64,000 nucleotides of DNA from Thermoplasmata archaeon (lineage in GTDB: Archaea; Thermoplasmatota; Thermoplasmata; Lutacidiplasmatales; UBA184): NCBI GenBank assembly GCA_021823345.1, contig JAKAOF010000004.1, forward strand, positions 15,055-79,054, read 5' to 3'. How positions within the stretch are numbered: position 1 is the first letter of the stretch; every line of letters starts with the position of its first letter. Positions 9,350 to 19,900 of this stretch are shown here, piece after piece. A model generated the notes under the pieces. The model did no database searches and had not been told where the DNA came from. It was given only the letters and a program-made list of their open reading frames with translations. The position numbers were made by a program, and so were the translations under genes.

Positions 9350-9676
9350 GGTTCCCTCGGTCGGGGATTCCGTAGCGACCCGTTTCCGGGAAGATCGTGC
9401 GGGGGTGCGCCGCGGCACTGGTTGAGGCTCGGGTTCCTCCTCTGTCGGGGTCACGTACCCCTCGGGAAGCGGGTGGGGGGGTTCTACGAGGAACTTCGGG
9501 TCCTTGAGGAAGAGCTCGGCGAAGCCGCAGGCGCGGCAGACCTTCGCCCGGAAGAGACCGTCGCTGCGGATGGTCCCGGCATAGAGGCAGAGGACCCCGG
9601 GGGAGGTTCCCTTGTAGGTCTTGAGATCGTTCACCCAGACGACGTCGGGCGAACGGCACTTGGGGCACTTCGTCAC
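9290..9676 (-). CDS. Small Zn-ribbon protein
   Basis: CPKC..CRACGFAELF motif. BRE/TATA-like GAAGGGCTTTTAG upstream of the GTG. Confidence 0.7.
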   Translation of the reverse strand: MTKCPKCRSPDVVWVNDLKTYKGTSPGVLCLYAGTIRSDGLFRAKVCRACGFAELFLKDPKFLVEPPHPLPEGYVTPTEEEPEPQPVPRRTPARSSRKRVATESPTEGTSPSEGTGEAPSPGRPAPDT

Positions 9677-9737
9677 GGCCGCTGCAACGGGAGCGGACTA
9701 AAAGCCCTTCTCCCGAACGTTCCCGGGTCGGCCGGGC

Positions 9738-12713
9738 TCATCTCCACCGCGAGGACCCGGGGGTCCGAGAACGTCCCCCGCTCTTGGGGGCGTTGCCGAG
9801 GGCGCGACGCTTCCGGTAGAAGTAGAGCACGGCGAGCACGACCGCCGCCCCCCCGATCACGGCGACCGTGACGATGATCCCGAGCTCGGCGCCCGAGAGG
9901 CCCGAGCCGCCGCTCGGAGGAGGGGTGGTCTTCTTCGTGGTGTTGTTGCTGGTCGTGTTGTTCTTCGGCGGCGGAGGCGGAGGGGTCGACGGCTTGAGCA
10001 CGCTGATGGAGAGGGTCGCCCGGGCGCTGTACCCGAAGGAATCATTCACCGTGAAGATGGCGGTGTAGTTCCCCGGGTTCGCGTATTCGTGCGTGATCGT
10101 CCCGTTGTCAGGGAGGTTGGTGGCGACCGGGCCATCCCCATAGGTCGCGGTCACCGGGTTGTAGGAAGCGGAACCTCCGGTGGTGGTCCAACTGAAGGAG
10201 ACATTGAGCGGGGCGTACCCGCTCACGGTCGGGGCGTTGAGGGACAAGTTCACGTGGCCGAAGGTGTAGACCCCGCCCTCCAGGACGAGGGACGTGCCGG
10301 AGGCATCCGAGAGCGTGGCGGTGATGTTGTGGACGTTCTGGTAACCGGTGGTGGTGAAGGTGAAGCTCGAGGAGGATCCGTTCTGCGACGCATACCCCGG
10401 CGTGGACCACCGCGGGGCGGCGTAGGGGGTCGCTCCCCCGAAGTAGCTGAGGAGGAACTGGAAGTCGAACGGGATCTCCGCCTCGGGGGCGTTGGCGAAC
10501 ATGCTGGCCCCGAGCGGCGGGGCGGTCGTGAAGAGCGAGAGCGTCCCGTTCACGAGGGTGGACCCGAAGAGGAAGGCGCTCCCCGCGAAGAGCGTGAACG
10601 GGGTTCCCACCCAGCTTGACCCCAGCATCGGGGTGAGATTGGTGAGGGTCGACCCGGGGTATCCGATGAAGACGAGGGGATGGGACAGGTTGACGAGCGT
10701 GGTCCCCGAGAAGCCGCCCAAGAGGAGCGCTTCCCCGTCCACGGCGAGGGAGGTCACGTAGATCGGAGAGGGCGGGATGAGGAGGGGGTTCCCCGGGGTG
10801 GCGCTACCGGGGACCCAGGTCTCGACCCCCTTCCCGTCATAGATCCAGAACGCGCTGCCGTTCCAGGCGGCCTGGCTCTGGGCGACCAGGGGGATCGTGG
10901 ACCCGAAGAACCCGGAGATGTTCTGGAACGGGGAGAACGCGCTGGCGTTGAAGAACCACGCCAGCCCGGAGAGGTTCGAGCTCTCGCCCCAGACGAGCGC
11001 GCTCGTGGGCGAGGAGGGCACGAGGGCGGTGATCGCGTACGCCGGGCTCAGCAATCCCGCGGACTGCGAGGTCCAGCTCGACGTGGCAAAGTCGTAGCTT
11101 TGCAGCAAAGCGGCCGAGCCGCCCTGGGTTCCACCGGCCCACAGCGTGCCATTGACCCAGGCGAGGACGGAGACGGCCGCGTTGGGAATGAGGGCGAGCC
11201 GCGTGACCGATCCCCCCGTGAGCGGGATCTCGAGGATGAGGGACTGGTTGGCGACGAAGAGGTTGCTCCCGTGGATGGTGGAGGCGACCGGATTGTCGAA
11301 GCCCGTGGGGAGGAGCGAGCCCACGGACACCGAGGAATGGGTCGACAAGTTGTACAGGAGGCCCGCGCCTTCCGTCCCGTTGTTCCCGCCGAGCCAGGCC
11401 ACTCCCGAACCGTAGGAAAGGCTCCCGACGGAAGTGATCCCGGAGGGGAGGGAGGAAAGGACGATCGGGCCCGAACCGGACCAGGAACCGAGGAACCCCC
11501 CGTTCTGTACCCGATACCCTCCGACGAGGAGGGTGGTCCCGGACCACGCCAGCGACTCCGGCACGGTCGCGCTGGTCCACGCCGCGGCGGAGAGGGTCTG
11601 AGCGACCGAAGTGGCGGCATCGAGCTCGAGGATCCCGCCGGGAGAGGCCAAGGTGAAATTGGTCGTGGTCCGGGAATCGGCCGAGGCGGCCGTCGGCAGG
11701 CCGAGGGTCGTGGCCGCCGCCGTCACGTTCGCAAAGGCCCCGGTCTGGAGGTTAAGCATCCCGAAGACCGTCACGCTCGTCAGGTTCACGGTGGTGCTGA
11801 GCAGCACCCAGGGGCCGTTGGCGGCCCAGAGGGAGACGGGCGAGGTGAAGCTGGAAGTGGCCGGAAGGTCGGCCGAGAGGTTCCGGAGGACCCAGGTACC
11901 GGCCGAGGGGTACAGGAGACCCAGGGTGTTCCCGGAGGAGTTTGTGGCGAGCAGCACCCCGGAGCGCGTCCCGAGGAGGCCCGAGGGAGTTCCCCAGGTG
12001 GACGGCACGTATCGGCTCACGTTCACAAAGCCGAGGGTGGAGTTGTAGGCGATGTACTCGGGAGCGAGGACGGCATCCGTTCCGAGGAGGAGCGTGAAGT
12101 TGTTGGACGTCGCCCCTCCCGACAGCGAGGCCAGCCCGGAGGGAGGGAGGAGCTTCTGCGCGGTGCCGCTCGAGTTCATCTCGATGACGAGCGGGCTCCC
12201 GGTAAGACCCGAGAAGGCCCCGTTCCACAGGAGGACCGAGGAGGTCGAGCCGGACAGGAGGCTGCCCGAGAAGGCGTGGTAGGCCGCGAGGTTCGCCAGG
12301 TCGGACTTCGAGAGGGGGCCATAGGCGGTGGCGCTCGTGTCCGCCAGCTTCCCGGAGGAGAGCAGGCCGGTCTTGGGAAGGCCCGTCCCGTTGTCCACGC
12401 CGAGGGCGAAGGTCGTTCCCCCCGACAACGGCCATAGGCCGGTCACCTGGGACCAGGAACCTCCCGCGACCGAGGGCACCATCGGCGAGATGTTGGTAAC
12501 GGGCTCCGCCGTGGAGTTGCTCGTGATGTACGTCCAGTTGGTCTGTTGCGGACGGGAAGCGCTTCCGGTGGGGGGGAAAAATTGAGCCGAAGAGGGCGAT
12601 CCATGGGACGAGGCGAACGCGTTGCCCCCTCCCGAGACCACCAGCACGGCGAGGACCGCGAGCGGAGCGAGCAGCGAGAGAAGACCCTGGGGGCGTACGG
12701 GGGTACGTTTCAT
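9738..12713 (-). CDS. Cell-surface beta-propeller plus PKD-domain protein
   Basis: Signal peptide, repeated blades (LAWSGTTLLVGG, LAWVNGTLWAGG), PKD motif (GYAPLNVSF..YGDG..HEYANPGNYT), Pro/Thr linker, C-terminal TM and basic tail. Confidence 0.85.
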   Translation of the reverse strand: MKRTPVRPQGLLSLLAPLAVLAVLVVSGGGNAFASSHGSPSSAQFFPPTGSASRPQQTNWTYITSNSTAEPVTNISPMVPSVAGGSWSQVTGLWPLSGGTTFALGVDNGTGLPKTGLLSSGKLADTSATAYGPLSKSDLANLAAYHAFSGSLLSGSTSSVLLWNGAFSGLTGSPLVIEMNSSGTAQKLLPPSGLASLSGGATSNNFTLLLGTDAVLAPEYIAYNSTLGFVNVSRYVPSTWGTPSGLLGTRSGVLLATNSSGNTLGLLYPSAGTWVLRNLSADLPATSSFTSPVSLWAANGPWVLLSTTVNLTSVTVFGMLNLQTGAFANVTAAATTLGLPTAASADSRTTTNFTLASPGGILELDAATSVAQTLSAAAWTSATVPESLAWSGTTLLVGGYRVQNGGFLGSWSGSGPIVLSSLPSGITSVGSLSYGSGVAWLGGNNGTEGAGLLYNLSTHSSVSVGSLLPTGFDNPVASTIHGSNLFVANQSLILEIPLTGGSVTRLALIPNAAVSVLAWVNGTLWAGGTQGGSAALLQSYDFATSSWTSQSAGLLSPAYAITALVPSSPTSALVWGESSNLSGLAWFFNASAFSPFQNISGFFGSTIPLVAQSQAAWNGSAFWIYDGKGVETWVPGSATPGNPLLIPPSPIYVTSLAVDGEALLLGGFSGTTLVNLSHPLVFIGYPGSTLTNLTPMLGSSWVGTPFTLFAGSAFLFGSTLVNGTLSLFTTAPPLGASMFANAPEAEIPFDFQFLLSYFGGATPYAAPRWSTPGYASQNGSSSSFTFTTTGYQNVHNITATLSDASGTSLVLEGGVYTFGHVNLSLNAPTVSGYAPLNVSFSWTTTGGSASYNPVTATYGDGPVATNLPDNGTITHEYANPGNYTAIFTVNDSFGYSARATLSISVLKPSTPPPPPPKNNTTSNNTTKKTTPPPSGGSGLSGAELGIIVTVAVIGGAAVVLAVLYFYRKRRALGNAPKSGGRSRTPGSSRWR

Positions 12714-12804
12714 GGGGTATCCACTAGAGAGGAAGCAGGGGAACCTATCAAGGAAACCATGGCAGAGTTGCGTGGTGGACTGGGCTCTCCCGGCCAGAAA
12801 AGGG

Positions 12805-15800
12805 CTAGGCGGACCGGGGGGAGTTAACCGCTACCCGGGCCATCCAGCCCAGTGGGGGCAGGACCAAGAGGTGTGGTGGGACAAAGTGAAGGGCAACGAC
12901 CCCGGCCCCCAAGGGCCCTTCACTCTGAGAGGGGGAGTGCGTGATGGATTTTGCGCTGGTCGAGGTGATGTGGATGAGGACCCAGGGACCCATGCCACTC
13001 CCCATGGACCAGGGAGCTCCCTGCTGGGAAGTGGTGTGAGCGTCCACCAGCACGTTGCCTCCGGTGGTGGACACCACCACGGCCACGTGCCCGATGACCG
13101 TACCGCCCTCGTAGTAGCCGACGACGTCCCCCGGGCTCAACTGGGAGGCGCTCGTCACTTGGGTCCCGTCGTGGGCGTGCCCGTTGTACGCTCCCTGGCC
13201 GAGCAGCCAGTTGACGAGGTCCGGGGCGGAGGGGTCCCCCGACACACCGCCGCCGTAGGTGTTCGGCACGGAGAGCCCACCGGCATCCAGCGAATTGCTG
13301 ACGAAGTGGGCGCACTCGAGGCCGTGATAATAGAGGCACCCCGTTCCTCCGGGGGTGTTGATGGAGAGAAGAGGGGTGCCTGGGGAGTAGGATAGGACCT
13401 GTCCGTTTCCGTACCCGCAATCGGAGTCGGCGAAGAACTTGCCGTCGGAGAGGACCTTGTCGTAATAGTTGTTGGCGTAGCTGACCACGGCCGCGGTGTT
13501 GTAGCTGCTCCCGCCCGAGGAACTCTGGGTGAGGCAATTGAGGTTGGGGCACACGCTGCTCCAGGGGAGATTGGCGGCATTCTGACCGCCGCCGGGGCAG
13601 GCGACCGGGCCCGTTCCGGACCAGCCGGTCGGGGCCCACTTGCAATAGGCGCCCGAGAGATAGCTTCCCCAGAAGTTGTACGTGTTCACCTGGTAGTAGG
13701 CATAGGCCCACTGGAACGCGCAGGTGGGGTTGAAGTAGATCCCGCCCCAGTTGCCGCTGTAGGTCGAGCAGCTGGAGGGGTTGTAGTTCCCGATCGGGAA
13801 GGCCCCGCCAGACGGCGGGTTCTGCCCGGAGGTACCCTCCTGGAGGATGCCCTCGGCCCGGGCACCGGAGCCCGGGTTGACTTGGCTGCATGAGCCGCTT
13901 CCGCTCTCGATCGCCCCGCCGCAGAAGCCGCTCTCCTGGTAGGCCATCGAGACGAACGTGATGACGAGGTTGTTGGAGAAGCCCGCGGCGGCAGCGCAGT
14001 CGACGGTCTCCTGCAGGTTGAGCTGGGTGGACTGATCGTAGAAGTTCGAGTTGGGGCAGCCGGCGCCGTAATTGCCGCCTCCGCCGGTGCTATTGCCGCC
14101 GCCCGTGCCGGTGCCGCCGCCGCCCGTAGAGGTTCCGCAAGCCGCCGTGGCGCAAACGCCGTTCTCCAGATCGTAGACGAAGTTCCAGAAGGTGGCCCCG
14201 GGGACCGAGGCGTTCCCGTCGTCCAGGGCGAACCAGCCCTGCTTCGAGAAGCTGTTGTAGGCCGACCAGTTCGCCTCGGCCTCCATGTCCAAGAGGGCAT
14301 TGGGGCTGCCGGAACAGGCCATGGAACTCTGGAGCACGCCCACGTCCGAGGTGCCGAGGAAGTGGGTCGCCTGGGAGAGCGCCGTCTCGTAGCCCGAGAG
14401 CGAGCAGGTGAAGTCCTCCAGGTACCAGGTGACGCCGGTCAGGGTCCCGAGGGCATTGTAGTACCACAGGTCTGACGCGGACGAACCGGCCGAGGGAGAC
14501 CCGGGCGGGGGAAGGAACACGATGAGCGAGTGGAGCCCGCTCGATTTGAGCGCGGAGGCGAACTGCTGGATGAAGGAGGCGTAGTGGGTCCCCAGTGAAC
14601 CCGAGGCCCCCGTGAAGCAGGAATTCGGTGCGAGGTCGAGGATGTACCCGTTGTAGCCCTTGGCCTTGGCCACGTTGATGGCCTCGGTGATAAAGTTCGC
14701 CCAGAGCCCCGAGTTGCCGAGGAAGGTCGTGAGCGAGAGCTGACTGCAGGATCCCCCGGCCGTGATGGCCATGTAGAGCGGTTTGCTGTTGGTGTGCGCC
14801 CAGGTGGCGATGTCATCCTGGGAGTTAGCGAACCACGGGGCCGGGCCGAACCAGTCCTTCGCCGAGGAGCTGACCTGGTAGCCGAACTCCGTCACCGAGT
14901 TCATGTCCGGGGCCAGGCTCGAGTAGGTCGCGGAGAACGCGCTCGAGTTCCCGATCCAGGTGCACGCCTGGCAGACGACCGGCATGTAGGAGATGGGCGG
15001 AGGCGGCGCCAGTCCGCCCGGACCGCTCCCGCCGCCCGTGCCGCCGGGTCCGGTCCCTCCTCCACCGGAGGAGCGCTGGACCACGAGTGAAACCGTGGCC
15101 CGCGCGGAGGAACCGCTCTGGTCCTTGACCGTCACCACGACCGAGTAGGTGCCTCCCGAGGAGGGAGCGCAGGTGAGCGTGCTGAGGTCCGAGGAGCTGC
15201 ATCCCGGTGGGAGCCCCGAGTAGCTGTAGGTGTAGGGGGTCTTGCCGCCCTTCACCGTGACGCTGAGGGTGGTGGGGTTGCCTACCGTGACGGTCGAGGG
15301 ATTGGCGGTGAAGGAACTCACCGTGAGCGGGCCGGTCGCCCCGCCAGAGGAACACCCGTTGGGCCACTGCCACAGCAGCCACTCCTTGCTGAACAGCTGC
15401 CAGTTCCAACCGGGGTTCCAGATGAGGATCTTGTCGACCCCCGCATCGATCTCGAGGCCCGCCGTCAGGCTGAGACAGTAGGTGATCTTGGAGAGGGTCG
15501 CCTCCAATTGGGCCTGGAACTCGAGATAGGGCTCGATGTAGAAGTACGCCTGGAACAGCGTGAACGAGAAGAAGGAGGGACACCAGTTCCCGAAGATGGT
15601 GTCGGCGCAGAAGCCGAGGTCGACATCAAAGTTGATGTTGGGGATCTTCGCGAAGAGCTTGACGGTGAAGTCGGCATCGAGCTTGGGGGGACTATAGGTG
15701 GTGGTCAGGGGACTGACGTCGTGGATCATCTGCAGCCCTTGCCCGGCCTGGTACTCGGCCCCGAGCTTGGCGCTCGAGACGAAGCTCACCGAAGACCCCA

Positions 15801-16833
15801 CGGATCCGCTGACCTCGACATCGATGCCCAGGATGAACTGCGGCTGGAAGACGAAGTTCAACGATGCCCCGAACGAGAGGACCCCGAGGTCGATGCTGAG
15901 GCCGGGGATCCCAAACCCGAAATTGAGCGAGGGGAGGTTGTACGTCCACTGTTTGGACCACTCACATTTCGCCGATATCTGGGCGGAGAGCGTCAGGGTG
16001 TTCGTGAAGGTGAAGTAGGTCGCGATCGACTGGATGTGGATGAAGGGGAAGTTCCAGTCAAGCGTGACATCGATCGAGATGGTGAAGGTGACCTTGACCT
16101 CATCTTGGGCCCCGACGAAGAGATTGGCCGAACAGATCGAGTTATGGGGGGAGAAGGAGAATCCCTGCGAGAAGGTCTGGTCGAAGAGGGTGACGGTGAG
16201 GCTCGCGTCCGGGAGCGGGGACAGCGGCCCGTACATCGCCTGGGCCTGGGCCATGGTGACGGGGTAGGCCGCGTAGAGCTGCCCGTTCACAATGATGTCG
16301 GTGATGTTCCCGGGTAGGGTATAGGCGACCAGGAGACCGTTGCTCTCGGAGGTGGACACCACGAGCCGGAAGATGTCGCCGCCGGACCCCCCGGGGGCGG
16401 CGCCCCCCAGGAGGACGGCCCCGGCGTGGACCTGCTGCACGGTGCTCGAGGTCGCATCAAAGTAATAGAAGCCCCCGGCGGATCCCACGAGCGCAGGAGC
16501 CCCGGAGGTGTTGAGGTAGACGAGGGCCTTGTTGACCATCACGTTCTCCTCGTGGATGAGCAGATGGTCCCCGTAGAAGGTGCCGTTGGGTTGCCGGGCG
16601 AACTGGTCATTGAGCACGATCGACTGGGCCGCCTGCTGGTCCTGGGTGAGGACGGGGGTCGGGGAGCGGGGGACGGAGGAAGCTACGGGGGCCGATGTGG
16701 TGGCGAGGGAGTTGGCGGAGGTGGGCCACGAACTCAGAACAAAGACGAAGGCGAGTGCGACCGGTAGAGCCGCGGTCCAGAAATTATGGCGAGCGATACT
16801 TCGGCCTTTCTGAACTACGGTTTTCCAAAGCAT
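12805..16833 (-). CDS. Secreted multidomain putative peptidoglycan hydrolase (beta-rich domain, Ig-like, GH18-like, lysozyme/SLT-like, Amidase_6/NlpC-P60-like)
   Basis: Signal peptide. GH18-like FITEAINVAKAKGYNGYILDLAP. SLT-like AAAAGFS..MAYQESG..AEGILQ..FNPTCAFQWAY..WGSY. Amidase-like YNTAAVVSYAN..ECAHFVSNSLDAGG..LSPGDVVGY..GHVAVV..VDAHT. Confidence 0.85.
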   Translation of the reverse strand: MLWKTVVQKGRSIARHNFWTAALPVALAFVFVLSSWPTSANSLATTSAPVASSVPRSPTPVLTQDQQAAQSIVLNDQFARQPNGTFYGDHLLIHEENVMVNKALVYLNTSGAPALVGSAGGFYYFDATSSTVQQVHAGAVLLGGAAPGGSGGDIFRLVVSTSESNGLLVAYTLPGNITDIIVNGQLYAAYPVTMAQAQAMYGPLSPLPDASLTVTLFDQTFSQGFSFSPHNSICSANLFVGAQDEVKVTFTISIDVTLDWNFPFIHIQSIATYFTFTNTLTLSAQISAKCEWSKQWTYNLPSLNFGFGIPGLSIDLGVLSFGASLNFVFQPQFILGIDVEVSGSVGSSVSFVSSAKLGAEYQAGQGLQMIHDVSPLTTTYSPPKLDADFTVKLFAKIPNINFDVDLGFCADTIFGNWCPSFFSFTLFQAYFYIEPYLEFQAQLEATLSKITYCLSLTAGLEIDAGVDKILIWNPGWNWQLFSKEWLLWQWPNGCSSGGATGPLTVSSFTANPSTVTVGNPTTLSVTVKGGKTPYTYSYSGLPPGCSSSDLSTLTCAPSSGGTYSVVVTVKDQSGSSARATVSLVVQRSSGGGGTGPGGTGGGSGPGGLAPPPPISYMPVVCQACTWIGNSSAFSATYSSLAPDMNSVTEFGYQVSSSAKDWFGPAPWFANSQDDIATWAHTNSKPLYMAITAGGSCSQLSLTTFLGNSGLWANFITEAINVAKAKGYNGYILDLAPNSCFTGASGSLGTHYASFIQQFASALKSSGLHSLIVFLPPPGSPSAGSSASDLWYYNALGTLTGVTWYLEDFTCSLSGYETALSQATHFLGTSDVGVLQSSMACSGSPNALLDMEAEANWSAYNSFSKQGWFALDDGNASVPGATFWNFVYDLENGVCATAACGTSTGGGGTGTGGGNSTGGGGNYGAGCPNSNFYDQSTQLNLQETVDCAAAAGFSNNLVITFVSMAYQESGFCGGAIESGSGSCSQVNPGSGARAEGILQEGTSGQNPPSGGAFPIGNYNPSSCSTYSGNWGGIYFNPTCAFQWAYAYYQVNTYNFWGSYLSGAYCKWAPTGWSGTGPVACPGGGQNAANLPWSSVCPNLNCLTQSSSGGSSYNTAAVVSYANNYYDKVLSDGKFFADSDCGYGNGQVLSYSPGTPLLSINTPGGTGCLYYHGLECAHFVSNSLDAGGLSVPNTYGGGVSGDPSAPDLVNWLLGQGAYNGHAHDGTQVTSASQLSPGDVVGYYEGGTVIGHVAVVVSTTGGNVLVDAHTTSQQGAPWSMGSGMGPWVLIHITSTSAKSITHSPSQSEGPLGAGVVALHFVPPHLLVLPPLGWMARVAVNSPRSA

Positions 16834-16860
16834 GAAGGCTACCCCCCCGTCCCCTGCTTA

Positions 16861-16960
16861 CCATGTTATATTGTCGCAGGGCCATATTAAGGTGTCTGTT
16901 ACGTGTAACGGACGGAGGCAGAAGACCCTCCATTTTTCTTCCGTGAAGTTGGAAAAAACA
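16861..16960 (-). promoter_or_regulatory. Oligo-T terminator of giant pilin B followed by a TATA-like box for the hydrolase
   Basis: TTTTTT on the minus strand (16953-16958) just after the stop at 16966. CTTAATA at about 16885-16891. Confidence 0.45.
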
Positions 16961-16965
16961 GGGGC

Positions 16966-19900
16966 TCACTGTTCGCTCAGGCTGCCTTGGTAGGTGTATG
17001 TGCTGCTCGACGCCCCGCCCAGGTCCACCACGGCGCTCGAACTCCCCCCATCGAGCAATCCTCCCATGTCGGCCTCCATGGAGGCGAAGTTGGGATCGTT
17101 GAACGCGGCCGCGGGGTCCGTGAGGGCGACCGGAGTGGGTTGGAAGGCGCCGATGCCATAGGTGGAATTCCATCCGACGCTGGGAAGCAGCGAGCTCGAC
17201 ATCCATCCGGCCTGAGGAGCGCCCACCTGAGGCTGGGCCATGAGGGCGAGCGCCATGTAATCGGGGGCCGACTCATTGAGCGAGTACCCCATCACGCGGT
17301 TCGCCGACACGTCCCACAGGAGGAACGCATCCATGTTCGCGGCGGTGATCCCGCCCGCCGGGGTGAATATCACGCTGGTCGAGGACCACAATTGCCCACC
17401 GGGCATCTGGAGGGCCGTTCCCCAGCGCCACTGCTGGCTCGGGAGAGTACACCCGGTCGACTGCTGGAGGCAGTCGAAGAGGTAGCCGGCCAGGTACTGC
17501 TCGGTCGTGACGTAGGTGTCGAAGGTGGGGGAGGTGGTCTTCATCCAGTTCTGGTAGGCCTTGGTCAACTCGGTCTGGGTGGTCCCGAGCCCGGACGGAG
17601 CCCCTCCGACGTAGAGCGAGGCGGTGCTCGCGGTATACCCGTCATGGGGTACCAAGAGCGAGCTCAGCCCCGGTGAGTACGCCCAGAGCTGCTGCGAGAT
17701 GGGGTGGCCGGGACCGGTGAGGTCGAGCCGCGAGGTCACGCCGCTCTGGTTCCAGAATCCCAGGAGGGACCAGGAGGAACCGGGGGCCTTCCACATCGAC
17801 CGCAAGGTCATGTTGGCATTCCCGGGATCGTACTCCACGGTACCGGTGATCGAATTGGTGGTGAGGGACTCGGTCGCCTCGAACACGTCGGAGCGGGAGT
17901 TCACCGAGGTGCCGCCCTCGCCCGACTGGAAGTTGGCATAGTGGGATTGCAGGTTGAGGCTCGTCATGTTGTCGCCGAAGAACGTGTGATAGTTGAGCGC
18001 CAGGACGGGAGTGAGCATCGAGCCCGAGGCAAGGTGCAGCTTTCCTTGGATCTGCCCCATGAGGGATAAGAACACCGAGGAGCTGTACTTCGCCACGGAG
18101 TTGTACGCCAGGCCGTCCCACTGGACATCCTGCGATAGCGCCAGGGAGAGCGCCGGTCCCCCGTCGGGACCCGCGTCGGGGAGGTTCGAGAGCATCGCGG
18201 CCTCGTCGGCGGTCTCGTTCTTGGCGATGATGGACGCCCCGTGCAGGGCCACGAGGAGCTTGTTGAGGAGGGGCGAGACGTAATCTCCGGGGAGGAACAC
18301 CCAGTTCGCCGGACTGCTCCCGAGCGGTTTGTAGTCGTAGCTGAAGGTGGCCGGATGACCGACCACCAGTCCCAGGAGCCCCCGCGTCTCCAGGGGGATG
18401 GGATCCGTCTTCTGGAGGATGTTGCTTTGGAGCGGCCAGGGGGTCTCGATCGTGACCGGGAAGTTCGCGCGTAACGGAACCTCGATGGTCAAGGTGGTGT
18501 TGTGGAGCTTCCCTCCCTCGAGCAGCTCCTTCTGCGGGTCCGATATCGTCAGGCGGACCGTACCTCCCATGAACACGTCCCACGTGGTCTCGAAGGGAGC
18601 GATCCCCATGTTGACCGAGCTGTCCTGCGGGTCGACGGTATGTACGCAGACCTGGGGCTGGGTGAGGGAGTAGGTCAGGGTACCGGGCGTTCCGCTCTCG
18701 CTGTAGTACGAAACGGAGTCCAGGTTGAGCCCCGGGACCGATTCCACACTCCCGTCCGTTAGCGCTGCCGAGCGGGTCCCCTGCCAATACTCGTACGGCA
18801 TGTTCCGCTGCAGGTACGGGGAGTAGGGCAGGGACTGCTCGCTCGCCATGTTCTCTGTCCATTGCTGGGACGATTCGTAGATCCCCGGGATCCATTGCTC
18901 GGCGAGCGACCCCGTGTTCTGGTAGATCGAGGTGGGGTCCGGGTTGCCCGAGGCCAGACTGGGGATGTCCACGTAGGTTTCGATGAACCCTCCCGCGCCC
19001 GAGAACGAGTTTCCCTTCCAATCCGCCTTGCCGGTGTAATGCTGGATATTGTTCCAGGAGGTCGTGATGAGGGAGAACTGGGAGTTTCCGCTGCCGATGG
19101 TCGGGGTGCCGGCCTGTTCCACCAGCCCGAGCACCTGGGACCAGAGGTTCTGCTGGTCGTTGTAGTACATCGCGGAAGCCTGGAGGAAGGGCTCGCAGGT
19201 GTACGGCTGGTCGCAGTCGTCCTGGCCGGTGAAGGTCGATGCGGCGGCGTTGGCGTAGAGGGCGCACTCCTGGTCCACCTGGGCAGGTCCGGCCCCGGAT
19301 CCTTGGAAGCCGGGGGCGAAGAGGAACCAGTCGAGGTTTCCCTGGCCGCCGTTCCAGCTTCCCTCAGAACTGCCCATCCAGGCATAGATGTCGTCGAAGG
19401 TCGCGGACTGGACATCTTCCCGGAAGTTCGGTTCGTAAAGGTACTGGGCCGGAGGGACCGGAAGCTTGCCCGCAGCGGGACTGACCCAGAGCCCATCCTC
19501 CGCGGAGGAGGTCTGTACCGGGGCCCCGCTGGGGAGCGTGGGATCGATGTCCCCGTTCATGCCGTAGTAGAGGTTGTAGTAGGTCATGTACCACAACCGG
19601 GCGCCCAACCGGGCGGTGTCGGAGAGGGAGTAGGTGGTATGTACCGAGGGGCCGGTTCCGACCCCGGAGACGTGTTCGGCCCCGGTCACCCACCAGTTGT
19701 CGAGGTTGGACGGCGTGTTCTGGGAGCTGATGTAGCCGGTCGCGGCCCACAGCGTGGAGTATTCGGCGGCGCTCCCCTGGGTGAGGTAAGAGTAGCTCGA
19801 ATTCAACACGTCCGAGCCCGTGAGGGTGGGTAGCCCGTTGGCCGAGGGCCCCATCTTCGCCATGGCACGTGCGATGGTGTCCACGTAGCCCGACACCTTG

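Noticed and set aside
12805..16833. Prophage endolysin/tail protein or active chitinase
   Set aside because: There are no phage genes nearby. It has a signal peptide and a composition like the neighbouring host surface proteins, and the GH18 catalytic Glu is missing.
16833..16966. Strict co-transcription of giant pilin B and the hydrolase
   Set aside because: An oligo-T tract and a separate TATA-like box lie between them, so an operon is not supported.
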